Below are positions 9,593 through 16,727 of a DNA stretch of 37,133 bases, in pieces; positions within the stretch are counted from its first letter, which is position 1; each line of letters opens with the position of its first letter. Made by a program: the position numbers and the translations under genes. The notes under the pieces were generated by a model. It was not told the origin of the DNA and ran no database searches. It saw nothing but the letters and a program-made list of their open reading frames with translations. The DNA is from an uncultured Anaerolineales bacterium. Its GTDB lineage: Bacteria; Chloroflexota; Anaerolineae; Anaerolineales; UBA11579. The stretch lies in the NCBI GenBank assembly GCA_965370435.1, contig CBDUUP010000003.1, positions 1 to 37,133 on the forward strand, written 5' to 3'.

Positions 9593-10207
9593 ATGCCGCG
9601 AATTACGAAACTCATTTATTTGCTGATTTTGTTGGGGATTGGGTTGTTGTCCGGTTGGGTTCCAACCGTCAACGCCGGGGAGATGCGACAAGAACCCACC
9701 GGAACGATACCCACCGTGACCGGAACCGCTTCGGGGCCGACAGTCACCGTGAGGGCCGATCAAGACGAGATCAACGTCCGCAATGGCCCTGGCACCAATT
9801 ATGACATTGTCGGCGTTCTGGTGGCCGGACAGACCGCGCCCGCCCTTGGGAGAAACACAACCGGCTCCTGGATTCAGATCGCTTATCCGGGCGTAGCTGA
9901 AAGTGTGGGGTGGGTGTATGAAGGGCTGATAAGCCTCTCTTCTGGGTCTCTCCCGATCATTGAGCCGCCGCCGCTTCCCACCCGCGCTACCCCAACCATA
10001 GACCCAACCCTGGCGGCTCAGTTCATCATTGAGCCGGTTGCCACCCGCTTGCCAACATTCACCCCGCCGCCGCCATTGGTCATTCCGACCTATACCGATG
10101 AAGTCATCGTCGGCAGCGCTACCGCGGTACCGATGGGCCTGGTCATTGTCCTTCTGGCTGTTGCCGGTCTGTTTGGAACTGCAATTTCTGTTTTTAGAGG
10201 GCGATAA
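9593..10207 (+). CDS. Secreted or membrane-anchored bacterial SH3-domain protein
   Basis: Signal peptide; SH3b signature 'INVRNGPGTNYDIVGVL..G...GR....WIQI.Y....GWV'; Pro/Thr stalk; C-terminal TM plus RGR. Confidence 0.85.
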   Translation: MPRITKLIYLLILLGIGLLSGWVPTVNAGEMRQEPTGTIPTVTGTASGPTVTVRADQDEINVRNGPGTNYDIVGVLVAGQTAPALGRNTTGSWIQIAYPGVAESVGWVYEGLISLSSGSLPIIEPPPLPTRATPTIDPTLAAQFIIEPVATRLPTFTPPPPLVIPTYTDEVIVGSATAVPMGLVIVLLAVAGLFGTAISVFRGR

Positions 10208-10220
10208 ATTTATCCATGTA

Positions 10221-10259
10221 AACAAAAAAGACCGGCCACTAAGGCCGGTCTTTTTTGTT
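10221..10259. terminator. Bidirectional Rho-independent terminator
   Basis: Perfect 17-bp inverted repeat AACAAAAAAGACCGGCC-actaa-GGCCGGTCTTTTTTGTT with A and T tracts, between the convergent SH3 and erpA genes. Confidence 0.9.
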
Positions 10260-10279
10260 ATGGGGAACTACGAGTTGCC

Positions 10280-10672
10280 TTAATGGCAGCTACCACTGGC
10301 GGAAGCTTCACCGCCATCTTTGGTGCGGAAGGAGGAACCACATCCGCAGGCAGCTACGGCATTGGGATTGTCAATTTTGAATCCGCTGTTCATCACATCG
10401 TCAACGTAGTCAATATTGGCGCCCTCTAGATTCAAGAGAGAGACTTCATCCACAACGACTTTTACACCGTGGGCTTCAAAGACCTGGTCATCCTCACGGA
10501 TGTTATTTTCCAGGGCCATGCCGTATTGGAAACCTGAGCATCCGCCCTCAGTGAGAAACACTCGCAGCGCGTAATCATCCAAATCCCGTTTTGCTATAAG
10601 TTCTTGTATAGCCACAGCGGCGGGTTCGGTAAGGGTAATAGAATCGGTCTGGGTTTGATCCGTAAGCGTCAT
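10280..10672 (-). CDS. erpA: A-type Fe-S cluster carrier (HesB/IscA/ErpA family)
   Basis: GGCSGFQY and NPNA..ACGCGSSF carry the three conserved Cys; AAAGGA SD. Choice among erpA, iscA and sufA is uncertain. Confidence 0.9.
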   Translation of the reverse strand: MTLTDQTQTDSITLTEPAAVAIQELIAKRDLDDYALRVFLTEGGCSGFQYGMALENNIREDDQVFEAHGVKVVVDEVSLLNLEGANIDYVDDVMNSGFKIDNPNAVAACGCGSSFRTKDGGEASASGSCH

Positions 10673-10720
10673 ATCATATCCTTTCGGCTAAATAGGTGAA
10701 AATGTACCAACTATGGAAAA

Positions 10721-10749
10721 ATTATAGCAGAGAACCCATTTTCCGTCAA
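10721..10749 (-). promoter_or_regulatory. Sigma70-type promoter for the A-type carrier gene
   Basis: Minus strand TTGACG-N17-TATAAT with TG extension. Confidence 0.8.
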
Positions 10750-10784
10750 CTGGGGTAGATAAAGATAACAGCTTTCTCATAAAC

Positions 10785-10880
10785 GCGTTTACTCCCGTCG
10801 GGGTAAAGCGCTGCTTCGCCCTAGAGCGCTTTTAGTCGGCGAAGGCCGACTTCGCAAACGTCCCTGCGACTTCAGTCGCT
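10785..10880. repeat. Cluster of four short hairpins (REP or short-dispersed-repeat-like)
   Basis: TTTACTCC/GGGGTAAA; AAAGCGCT/AGCGCTTT; AGTCGGC-gaag-GCCGACT (10834-10851); GCGAC-ttca-GTCGC (10866-10879). Confidence 0.6.
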
Positions 10881-10884
10881 GAGA

Positions 10885-11592
10885 CTACAACAACCAATGC
10901 CCCAACAAAATCGCTACAACAGCCACCGTCAGATTATCCACATCCCTAAAAGGAAGCGACTCTACCACCGTTCCCACTATAACGATAACGCTGATAGGGA
11001 GTAGGTAATCGCCAACAGGCCCGGCAAAAATTTCCGTCGCGACAAAAAACGCCACGATTCCCAACGCGAACAACCAGCCCCCCAAAAACATGCCCAACGA
11101 ACCGATCCAAGATTTCTCTTTAGCCCAGGGGAGTTTCGCCTTTCCAAAGCGGCGGCCCAGGATGTCCGCTATACCGTCACCCCCGCACATCAGCATCAAG
11201 GCGACGATGCCGATCGGAGTATCCAGCCAGTACAAGGCCGTGACCACTACCATAACGATTCCATAAAAGAGCGGCCCCCGCAAGATCTCCCGCCGGTCTC
11301 CGCTGCGGGACATTGCTTGAACCGCGGCTTCATCCTTTATGATTCCGAGTCCCACCAATGCGAATTGGGCTGTGATCGCCAGTGGAACCAGCGCGGCAAG
11401 ATAACGAGATGATGGCTCGTCGGTGAACAGCAGCCAGCACAGAACGAAGATCGGGCCGGTTCCAATATGGATGATCTTGCGGCTGAGTTGGCCGCCGATC
11501 CAGCCGCGATGGGCGGCCAGGTCGTTCAACCGCAGCCAGACCAGGCCAGCCGCGGAAGTGATAAATAGGGCGAGATAATTATTGCCTAACAT
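10885..11592 (-). CDS. Phytol/farnesol/dolichol kinase family membrane protein (CTP-dependent polyprenol kinase)
   Basis: Multi-TM; SRKIIHI, REILRGPLFYG, MCGGDGIADILGRRFG, KSWIGS and DNL motifs of the VTE5/FOLK/dolichol kinase family. Confidence 0.85.
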   Translation of the reverse strand: MLGNNYLALFITSAAGLVWLRLNDLAAHRGWIGGQLSRKIIHIGTGPIFVLCWLLFTDEPSSRYLAALVPLAITAQFALVGLGIIKDEAAVQAMSRSGDRREILRGPLFYGIVMVVVTALYWLDTPIGIVALMLMCGGDGIADILGRRFGKAKLPWAKEKSWIGSLGMFLGGWLFALGIVAFFVATEIFAGPVGDYLLPISVIVIVGTVVESLPFRDVDNLTVAVVAILLGHWLL

Positions 11593-11627
11593 GAGAAAAT
11601 TTCAAGTTGCGCATAGCCAATATCAAA

Positions 11628-12413
11628 TCACCAGGGAAGCTCGCCGGTCGTGCTGATACCGAAATTCTTCCCCAGCATTTTGTACATAGTAACGTCGGTG
11701 AAAGGCTGGCCCAGGATGCCATCGTGGATCGCCCAGGAGCGCAGCCGGATGCTGTCCGCGGCCTCCGGCTGGCGGAAGGGAGTCGAGCCGTCCAGCAGGG
11801 GGAGCAGGTCGCCGCCGGGCGCGAATCCATCATGGATCCGGTCCAGCAGTTTCCGTCCCGCTTGATAAGTGAAACCATAGCGCTCAAAGATCACCGCGTT
11901 GTGGTAATAGAGCGGCTCGTTATAAAAGAGCTGGTGATCCAGGCTCTCCACGAAGACCTCAAAAGCCCTGATCGAGGCGGAGAGCATCCCTAGGCCGCGC
12001 CGGATTTGTCCCGGCGCGAGTCCGTCTTGCATGGCCGCCGTTTCAGCCTCCAGGTTCCTTTGTGCGGTGCCGAATTGGGTCGGCGTTCCATCGGGCATAC
12101 AATCTACCATGAATCGCTGCGAATCGGGATTGTTGACGACGTACAGCAAAACGTGCACCTGGCCGTTGACGTTATCGGTCAGATGTCCATAAAGGATGGG
12201 GTCGGGAAATCTGGATTGATGGTATAAAGAAATTTCCGCGGCCAGACTTCCCGGTGGGCAATCAAGATGCAAAAGGTCATTGCCTTCGGTGTCCACCAGA
12301 TAGGGGCTGAGTTGAAAGTGATCTAGAAGTTCAGGCGGGATAAGCCGGGTGTAAATTTCTCGCTTCTCTTGCTTGGAGAGGTTGTTGATGCCCGAGATGG
12401 TGGAAACGTCCAT
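11628..12413 (-). CDS. Conserved hypothetical protein, possible divergent GNAT fold
   Basis: True start is probably MDVSTISG at 12413, 2 nt after the smpB stop; the upstream extension in the track overlaps smpB. Contains QIRRGLG and HNAVIFERYGF. Confidence 0.65.
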   Translation of the reverse strand: MDVSTISGINNLSKQEKREIYTRLIPPELLDHFQLSPYLVDTEGNDLLHLDCPPGSLAAEISLYHQSRFPDPILYGHLTDNVNGQVHVLLYVVNNPDSQRFMVDCMPDGTPTQFGTAQRNLEAETAAMQDGLAPGQIRRGLGMLSASIRAFEVFVESLDHQLFYNEPLYYHNAVIFERYGFTYQAGRKLLDRIHDGFAPGGDLLPLLDGSTPFRQPEAADSIRLRSWAIHDGILGQPFTDVTMYKMLGKNFGISTTGELPW

Positions 12414-12415
12414 AG

Positions 12416-12871
12416 CTAACCCCGTCTGCGCATGGCCCGCTCGATTTCGCGGTCCGCGTCCCGTTTCGCCATGTCGGCCCGCTTGTCGTACTTCTTCTTC
12501 CCCTTGACCACTGCGATCTCCACCTTGGCCCGGCCATCCTTGAGGTACACCCGTAGGGGGATGATGGTTGCGCCTTTCTGGCGCACCGCCTCCCACAGCT
12601 TGGAGATTTCCTTGCGCTTCAGGAGCAGCTTACGAGTTCGGGTTGGCTCGTGGTTCAGGCGGCTGGCGGGATTGTAGTGGGCGATGTGGGCGTTGACCAG
12701 CCAGGCTTCCAGGTTGTCATCCACCCGCACGTAAGCCTCCTTCACGCTGATCTGTCTCGCCCGAATAGATTTGATCTCGCTGCCCTTTAAAACCATGCCT
12801 GCCTCGAACACATCCATGATGAAGTAATCGTGGCGGGCTTTACGATTGGTGGCGACAACTTTTATGTCCAT
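12416..12871 (-). CDS. smpB: SsrA-binding protein SmpB
   Basis: NRKARHDY, EAGMVLKGSEIKSIR, RTRKLLL, GKKKYDKR and a basic C-terminal tail. Confidence 0.98.
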   Translation of the reverse strand: MDIKVVATNRKARHDYFIMDVFEAGMVLKGSEIKSIRARQISVKEAYVRVDDNLEAWLVNAHIAHYNPASRLNHEPTRTRKLLLKRKEISKLWEAVRQKGATIIPLRVYLKDGRAKVEIAVVKGKKKYDKRADMAKRDADREIERAMRRRG

Positions 12872-12878
12872 TGGGTTG

Positions 12879-12887
12879 ATTCTAGCA
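12879..12887 (-). promoter_or_regulatory. Extended -10 element placed for a leaderless smpB transcript
   Basis: Minus strand TG-C-TAGAAT, then 7 nt, then ATG. No SD visible. Confidence 0.55.
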
Positions 12888-12975
12888 TAATTTGAATCTC
12901 TGGGGGGAACATACCGGGAGGGTATCTTGCCCTGATTGCCTCATCCCTTCTCGTGTGGGTTGAACCCGTCCGCGT

Positions 12976-13004
12976 TTGCATAGGTAAATAGTATATGCTA
13001 TTAT
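12976..13004 (+). promoter_or_regulatory. Sigma70-type promoter for the MoxR/VWA operon
   Basis: TTGCAT (12976-12981)-N17-TATTAT (12999-13004) with TG extension. Confidence 0.6.
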
Positions 13005-13037
13005 TCAATCTGTGAGTTGAGCATCTTGGCAAACGCT

Positions 13038-14474
13038 ATGAAACGAATCGTCCTCATCCTCATCCTGGCAGGAATACTAGCCGCTCAGGCGGCTCCGGTT
13101 CTGGTTGCCTATGCCCAGCAGGACGATTGCCCCTCCACCACCTGGTCTGAATTGCGCACCCCCGCCTTCGCTTTTGTATTCCCCGTTGAATATGGCGATC
13201 TGGGCCAATCCCTTTACAATCAATTTGCCCAGACGCTGGAAGAGGAATACGTCCGTTTTGCCTCCGTGTTTCAACTCTCGCTGGCGCTGGCGATCACTAT
13301 CCGCATTTATCCCGGCGAAGAAGAATACTATTGCTTGAACGCCTTGGCCCCCCGGCTGCCATCCGGCGCCACCCATACCACCCTCAGCGCACGGGAGATC
13401 GCCTTGATTGGGGAGAATATCGATAATGACCTCCAGGCCTGGGAAGAAAACGCGTTGAACCACTTGCGGGGCGAATTGGCTGGACTGTTCATCAAGCAGA
13501 TCACCGGCGGCAGGATCGCGCCTGGATTGACTTTGGGATTCAGCGCGTACGCTCAGGACCCATTCGAAACCTTTGCCGCTCGTGTCCAAGCCCCCGAGAT
13601 CGGCCTGGAGCCAAATTACACCTGGCAGTATCTCTGGGAGAATCCTAATAATCTCAACGACCCGGTATTCGTCCTCAACGCCATGAGTACGGTCGCATAC
13701 TTGATAGACGTTTATGGTTGGTCTGCCTATCTTGACTTGTTGAGCGCGCTGCCGACCAATGATGGCTATCGCCAGGCCCTGGTGGACACCTACCACGTCG
13801 GTATCCTAGATTTACAGGATCATTGGCAGCAGTATTTTTCCATGTACATCGAAGGGCGCTGGCGAGCTAACGTGTTCTATGATTTTGATCTCTCTATATT
13901 CGAGGGATTGATCGAAGCCGGAGCCTACAGAGATGCCATTGAGGGATTGATGGAGGCGATCGATTTCCTCACCCGATCTGGCGACACCGACCGACTTGCC
14001 GATGCCCTGGAATTGCTGGCGATTGCCCAGAGCGGCCAGGAAGCGGGCGCATTGGTGGCGGTGACTCGTCAAGCGATACAGGAGGGCGGTTACGAACTGG
14101 CGATTCAGTTAGCGCAATTGGCCGCCGAAACCTATGAAGCTCTGGGCGATACGCGCCGCCTTGAAGAGGTTGAACTCTACCGGGCCTGGGCGCAGGAGGT
14201 CCTCGATCTCCGGGAAGAGGTCGCCGCCCTCCAGAAAGATATCCAACTGACCACCCCCACCGGACGGCTCCTGGAGATCGGGCAGCGCCTGAATGAATTG
14301 GGCGACACCGAGGGGGTTCATACGGTCAACCAAGCCCTGGCGGAGATCGCCTCTCAAAAGCGCACCCTCTTCCAGGCTGTTAGCAGCATTGGAATTCTAG
14401 TTTGTGTTGCATTGATTTGGCGGCGGTTCCGCAACCTGCGAGAGCCGCCCCCACCCGAGGCCCAGTTGCTATGA
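13038..14474 (+). CDS. Secreted, C-terminally anchored protein with a degenerate peptidase-MA-like domain and TPR-like helices
   Basis: Signal peptide from MKRIV; 'ITIRIYP..EEY', 'LRGELAGLFI', 'GLTLGFSAY' and 'STVAYLIDVYG' follow the gluzincin layout without metal ligands. Helical repeat region, then C-terminal TM plus WRRFR. Confidence 0.6.
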   Translation: MKRIVLILILAGILAAQAAPVLVAYAQQDDCPSTTWSELRTPAFAFVFPVEYGDLGQSLYNQFAQTLEEEYVRFASVFQLSLALAITIRIYPGEEEYYCLNALAPRLPSGATHTTLSAREIALIGENIDNDLQAWEENALNHLRGELAGLFIKQITGGRIAPGLTLGFSAYAQDPFETFAARVQAPEIGLEPNYTWQYLWENPNNLNDPVFVLNAMSTVAYLIDVYGWSAYLDLLSALPTNDGYRQALVDTYHVGILDLQDHWQQYFSMYIEGRWRANVFYDFDLSIFEGLIEAGAYRDAIEGLMEAIDFLTRSGDTDRLADALELLAIAQSGQEAGALVAVTRQAIQEGGYELAIQLAQLAAETYEALGDTRRLEEVELYRAWAQEVLDLREEVAALQKDIQLTTPTGRLLEIGQRLNELGDTEGVHTVNQALAEIASQKRTLFQAVSSIGILVCVALIWRRFRNLREPPPPEAQLL

Positions 14475-15799
14475 AAACCACCCAGGTTCAAAACCAAATC
14501 CGGCGCATACGCAGGTTGGCTATCTTTCAACGTTTGGTCCGTTATTTGTTGCGCGGGGCTTGGGCGGGCGGCGCGGTTTATCTGCTATTGTGGGGATCTA
14601 ATGAAATCTGGGGATGGCCGGACGATTCCCGCATCTGGCTGGGGGCCGGAATCTTGGTAAGCTTGGTGATCGCTGTCCGGGCCATCCTGCCGCTCCCTCG
14701 ACTGCGGCGAGTTATCTGGGCCATGGACCGCCGTCTGAGTTTACGCGAGCAGGTCAGCACGGCCTGGGAGACCATCGAGAAGGGAGCCGAAGGATTGATA
14801 AGCGGCTTGCTGCTCAATGATCTCCTGGCTCTCCTGCCGGAGGTCCGCCAGCGAATCTCCCGAAGAGGGTGGTACCTGCGCCGGGAGGTTGAAACCGCAC
14901 TGATTGTCTTTATTTTATTCGCCCTGGTATTTTTGTCCGGCATCACCACCGCAATCACCCTGGCTCCCTCCGATATCTCCTTGCTCCCCCCTTTGGGGTC
15001 CGACCCGTTGTCCTCTGACGTTTTCCCCGGCGGATTGCCCGGACTTGAAATCGCCGGTCTGAACGAGGGCGGCGAAGGCGATATGACCTTCGAAGACTAT
15101 GCGGAGATCGCCAAAGCATTGGAAGAGCTTGGAGAAGACCTGGAAGACCAGGCCGCCACCAGTGAACTGGCCGAGGAATTGAAAGAAGGGGACCTCGAAG
15201 GCGCAGCTCAAGCCCTCGAAAACCTGGCTGACCGGCTGGATGAGTTGTCTGAAGAGACCCGGCAAGAATTGGCTGACGCCCTGGATGAAGCCGCCGATAA
15301 ATTGGAATTGCTTGGGGAAGAAGATTTAGCCGAGAGCTTGCGGGAAGCCGCCGACGCGCTTCGAGACCATGATGATTCCAAAGCAGGGGAACTGCTCGAT
15401 GAGATTGCCAGTGAATTGCGGAATTTTGACAACATGCTGGACCAATTGGCCGCCACGCCGCCAGGCGGTGACGGAGATGGTGAACCTGGCACGGAGACTC
15501 TGGGCGGCGGCGGCGGAGAGGCTGGCGCCGGCCTCGGGCCAGGGGGCAGCCAATCTGGGGAAGGGGAGACCATCCCGCGCATTGTAGGCGAGGGGTCGTC
15601 TTTTGATATTGGCGGCGAGGAGGGCCTGGAAGGTATGCTCCAGCCCGGGCTACCTTATGGGGAAGAAGGTTCGACCATTGTTGATGAGATCTACGATTTT
15701 ATCTTGGCCGGAAGCGCAGAGATCTATACCGGCATCCTGAGTCCTTTCCACTACCATTGGAGTTGGCGTGATGTGGTTTCGTCGTATTTTTCGCCCTGA
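14471..15799 (+). CDS. Membrane protein with three TM helices, an acidic coiled coil and a Gly-rich tail
   Basis: Start MKTTQV at 14471 (ATGA overlap). 'MDRRLSLREQVSTAWE' motif, Glu/Leu/Ala heptads and terminal 'RDVVSSYF' are typical of the coiled-coil partner in MoxR/VWA clusters. Confidence 0.7.
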   Translation: MKTTQVQNQIRRIRRLAIFQRLVRYLLRGAWAGGAVYLLLWGSNEIWGWPDDSRIWLGAGILVSLVIAVRAILPLPRLRRVIWAMDRRLSLREQVSTAWETIEKGAEGLISGLLLNDLLALLPEVRQRISRRGWYLRREVETALIVFILFALVFLSGITTAITLAPSDISLLPPLGSDPLSSDVFPGGLPGLEIAGLNEGGEGDMTFEDYAEIAKALEELGEDLEDQAATSELAEELKEGDLEGAAQALENLADRLDELSEETRQELADALDEAADKLELLGEEDLAESLREAADALRDHDDSKAGELLDEIASELRNFDNMLDQLAATPPGGDGDGEPGTETLGGGGGEAGAGLGPGGSQSGEGETIPRIVGEGSSFDIGGEEGLEGMLQPGLPYGEEGSTIVDEIYDFILAGSAEIYTGILSPFHYHWSWRDVVSSYFSP

Positions 15800-16727
15800 T
15801 CGCGCCAAAGATACGCTGCCCAGCGTACCTTCAACCGTCCCGGTGGGAGCTTTGCTGCCTGCCGAGGCCGTGCGCCAACTAGACCGCCTTCAACTGCATG
15901 GCGATAAATTCCTGCATGGCTCAGGGATGGGCCAGCGCGCCAGCATCCGCCGCAAACCGGCCATGGATTTTCAGGAGCACCGCATGTACGTCCCCGGCGA
16001 TGACGTGCGCTATGTGGATTGGTTAGCTTCGGCCCGGCACGAACACATTTTTATCAAGCAAGGCGAGCAGCCCAAGGAAGCCACAGTGCATATATTGCTG
16101 GATTGCTCCGCATCTATGGCCTGGGGCGAGCCGCCCAAATTCATGGCCCAACTTCCTTTGGCGGCGATTTTAGGCTATATGGCGCTGGCCCACGGAGACC
16201 GGCTGTTCGTATTCCCCATGGGAGGCGGAGGAAACCAGGCCCTAGGACCATTGAGCGGAAAGGGCCAGGTTCCGGCTTTGCTGAATTATTTCCGAAGTCT
16301 CAAGTTCGGCGGGCGGATAGATTTCACCCAGGAGCTGCGCCGTTTCAATCGTTTTTCGTCCTGGGGCGGGTTGGTGTATGCGCTTTCCGATTTCCTGGAT
16401 GTGGAAGGCCTGGAATCGGCCCTGCGCTTATTTCCTATCCCCACCTGGAATGTGGTCCTGCTCCACTTGCTTCATCCCGAGGAATTAGAACCCGCTCAAC
16501 GGGGCGAGATGGAATTGGTAGATGTGGAAACCGGCCGCACTGCCAATTACGACCTCAACGCCGAAGCGTTGCAGACCTATCTCCAACGGCTGGAGGAATG
16601 GCAGCGCGAGATTGAAATGGCCGCGGTGAAGAACAATGCCATTTATTCCCTCATCCCAACCGGCTGGTCGCTGGCCAAAGAGGTCATCCCTCATTTGCGA
16701 CGGATGCGTGTGGTGAGGCCGCTGTGA
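15771..16727 (+). CDS. DUF58 domain protein (VWA-like MoxR partner)
   Basis: 'DFQEHRMYVPGDDVRYVDW..SAR', MIDAS-like LLDCSASM and SDF motif. GGAG SD at 15759-15762. Confidence 0.9.
   Translation: MWFRRIFRPDRAKDTLPSVPSTVPVGALLPAEAVRQLDRLQLHGDKFLHGSGMGQRASIRRKPAMDFQEHRMYVPGDDVRYVDWLASARHEHIFIKQGEQPKEATVHILLDCSASMAWGEPPKFMAQLPLAAILGYMALAHGDRLFVFPMGGGGNQALGPLSGKGQVPALLNYFRSLKFGGRIDFTQELRRFNRFSSWGGLVYALSDFLDVEGLESALRLFPIPTWNVVLLHLLHPEELEPAQRGEMELVDVETGRTANYDLNAEALQTYLQRLEEWQREIEMAAVKNNAIYSLIPTGWSLAKEVIPHLRRMRVVRPL

Noticed and set aside
10115-10207. Sortase or PEP-CTERM sorting signal on the SH3 protein
   Set aside because: A TM and basic tail are present, but VPMG matches neither LPxTG nor VPEP. 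Treated as a plain C-terminal anchor.
12414-12596. N-terminal extensions of the 11628-12596, 14402-15799 and 24453-26678 ORFs
   Set aside because: They overlap neighbouring genes in other frames. Internal starts (12413, 14471, 26480) fit coupling or signal-peptide positions better.
12872-13016. tmRNA (ssrA) next to smpB
   Set aside because: The gap is only about 145 bp, has no tRNA-like ends or tag ORF, and is explained by divergent promoters.
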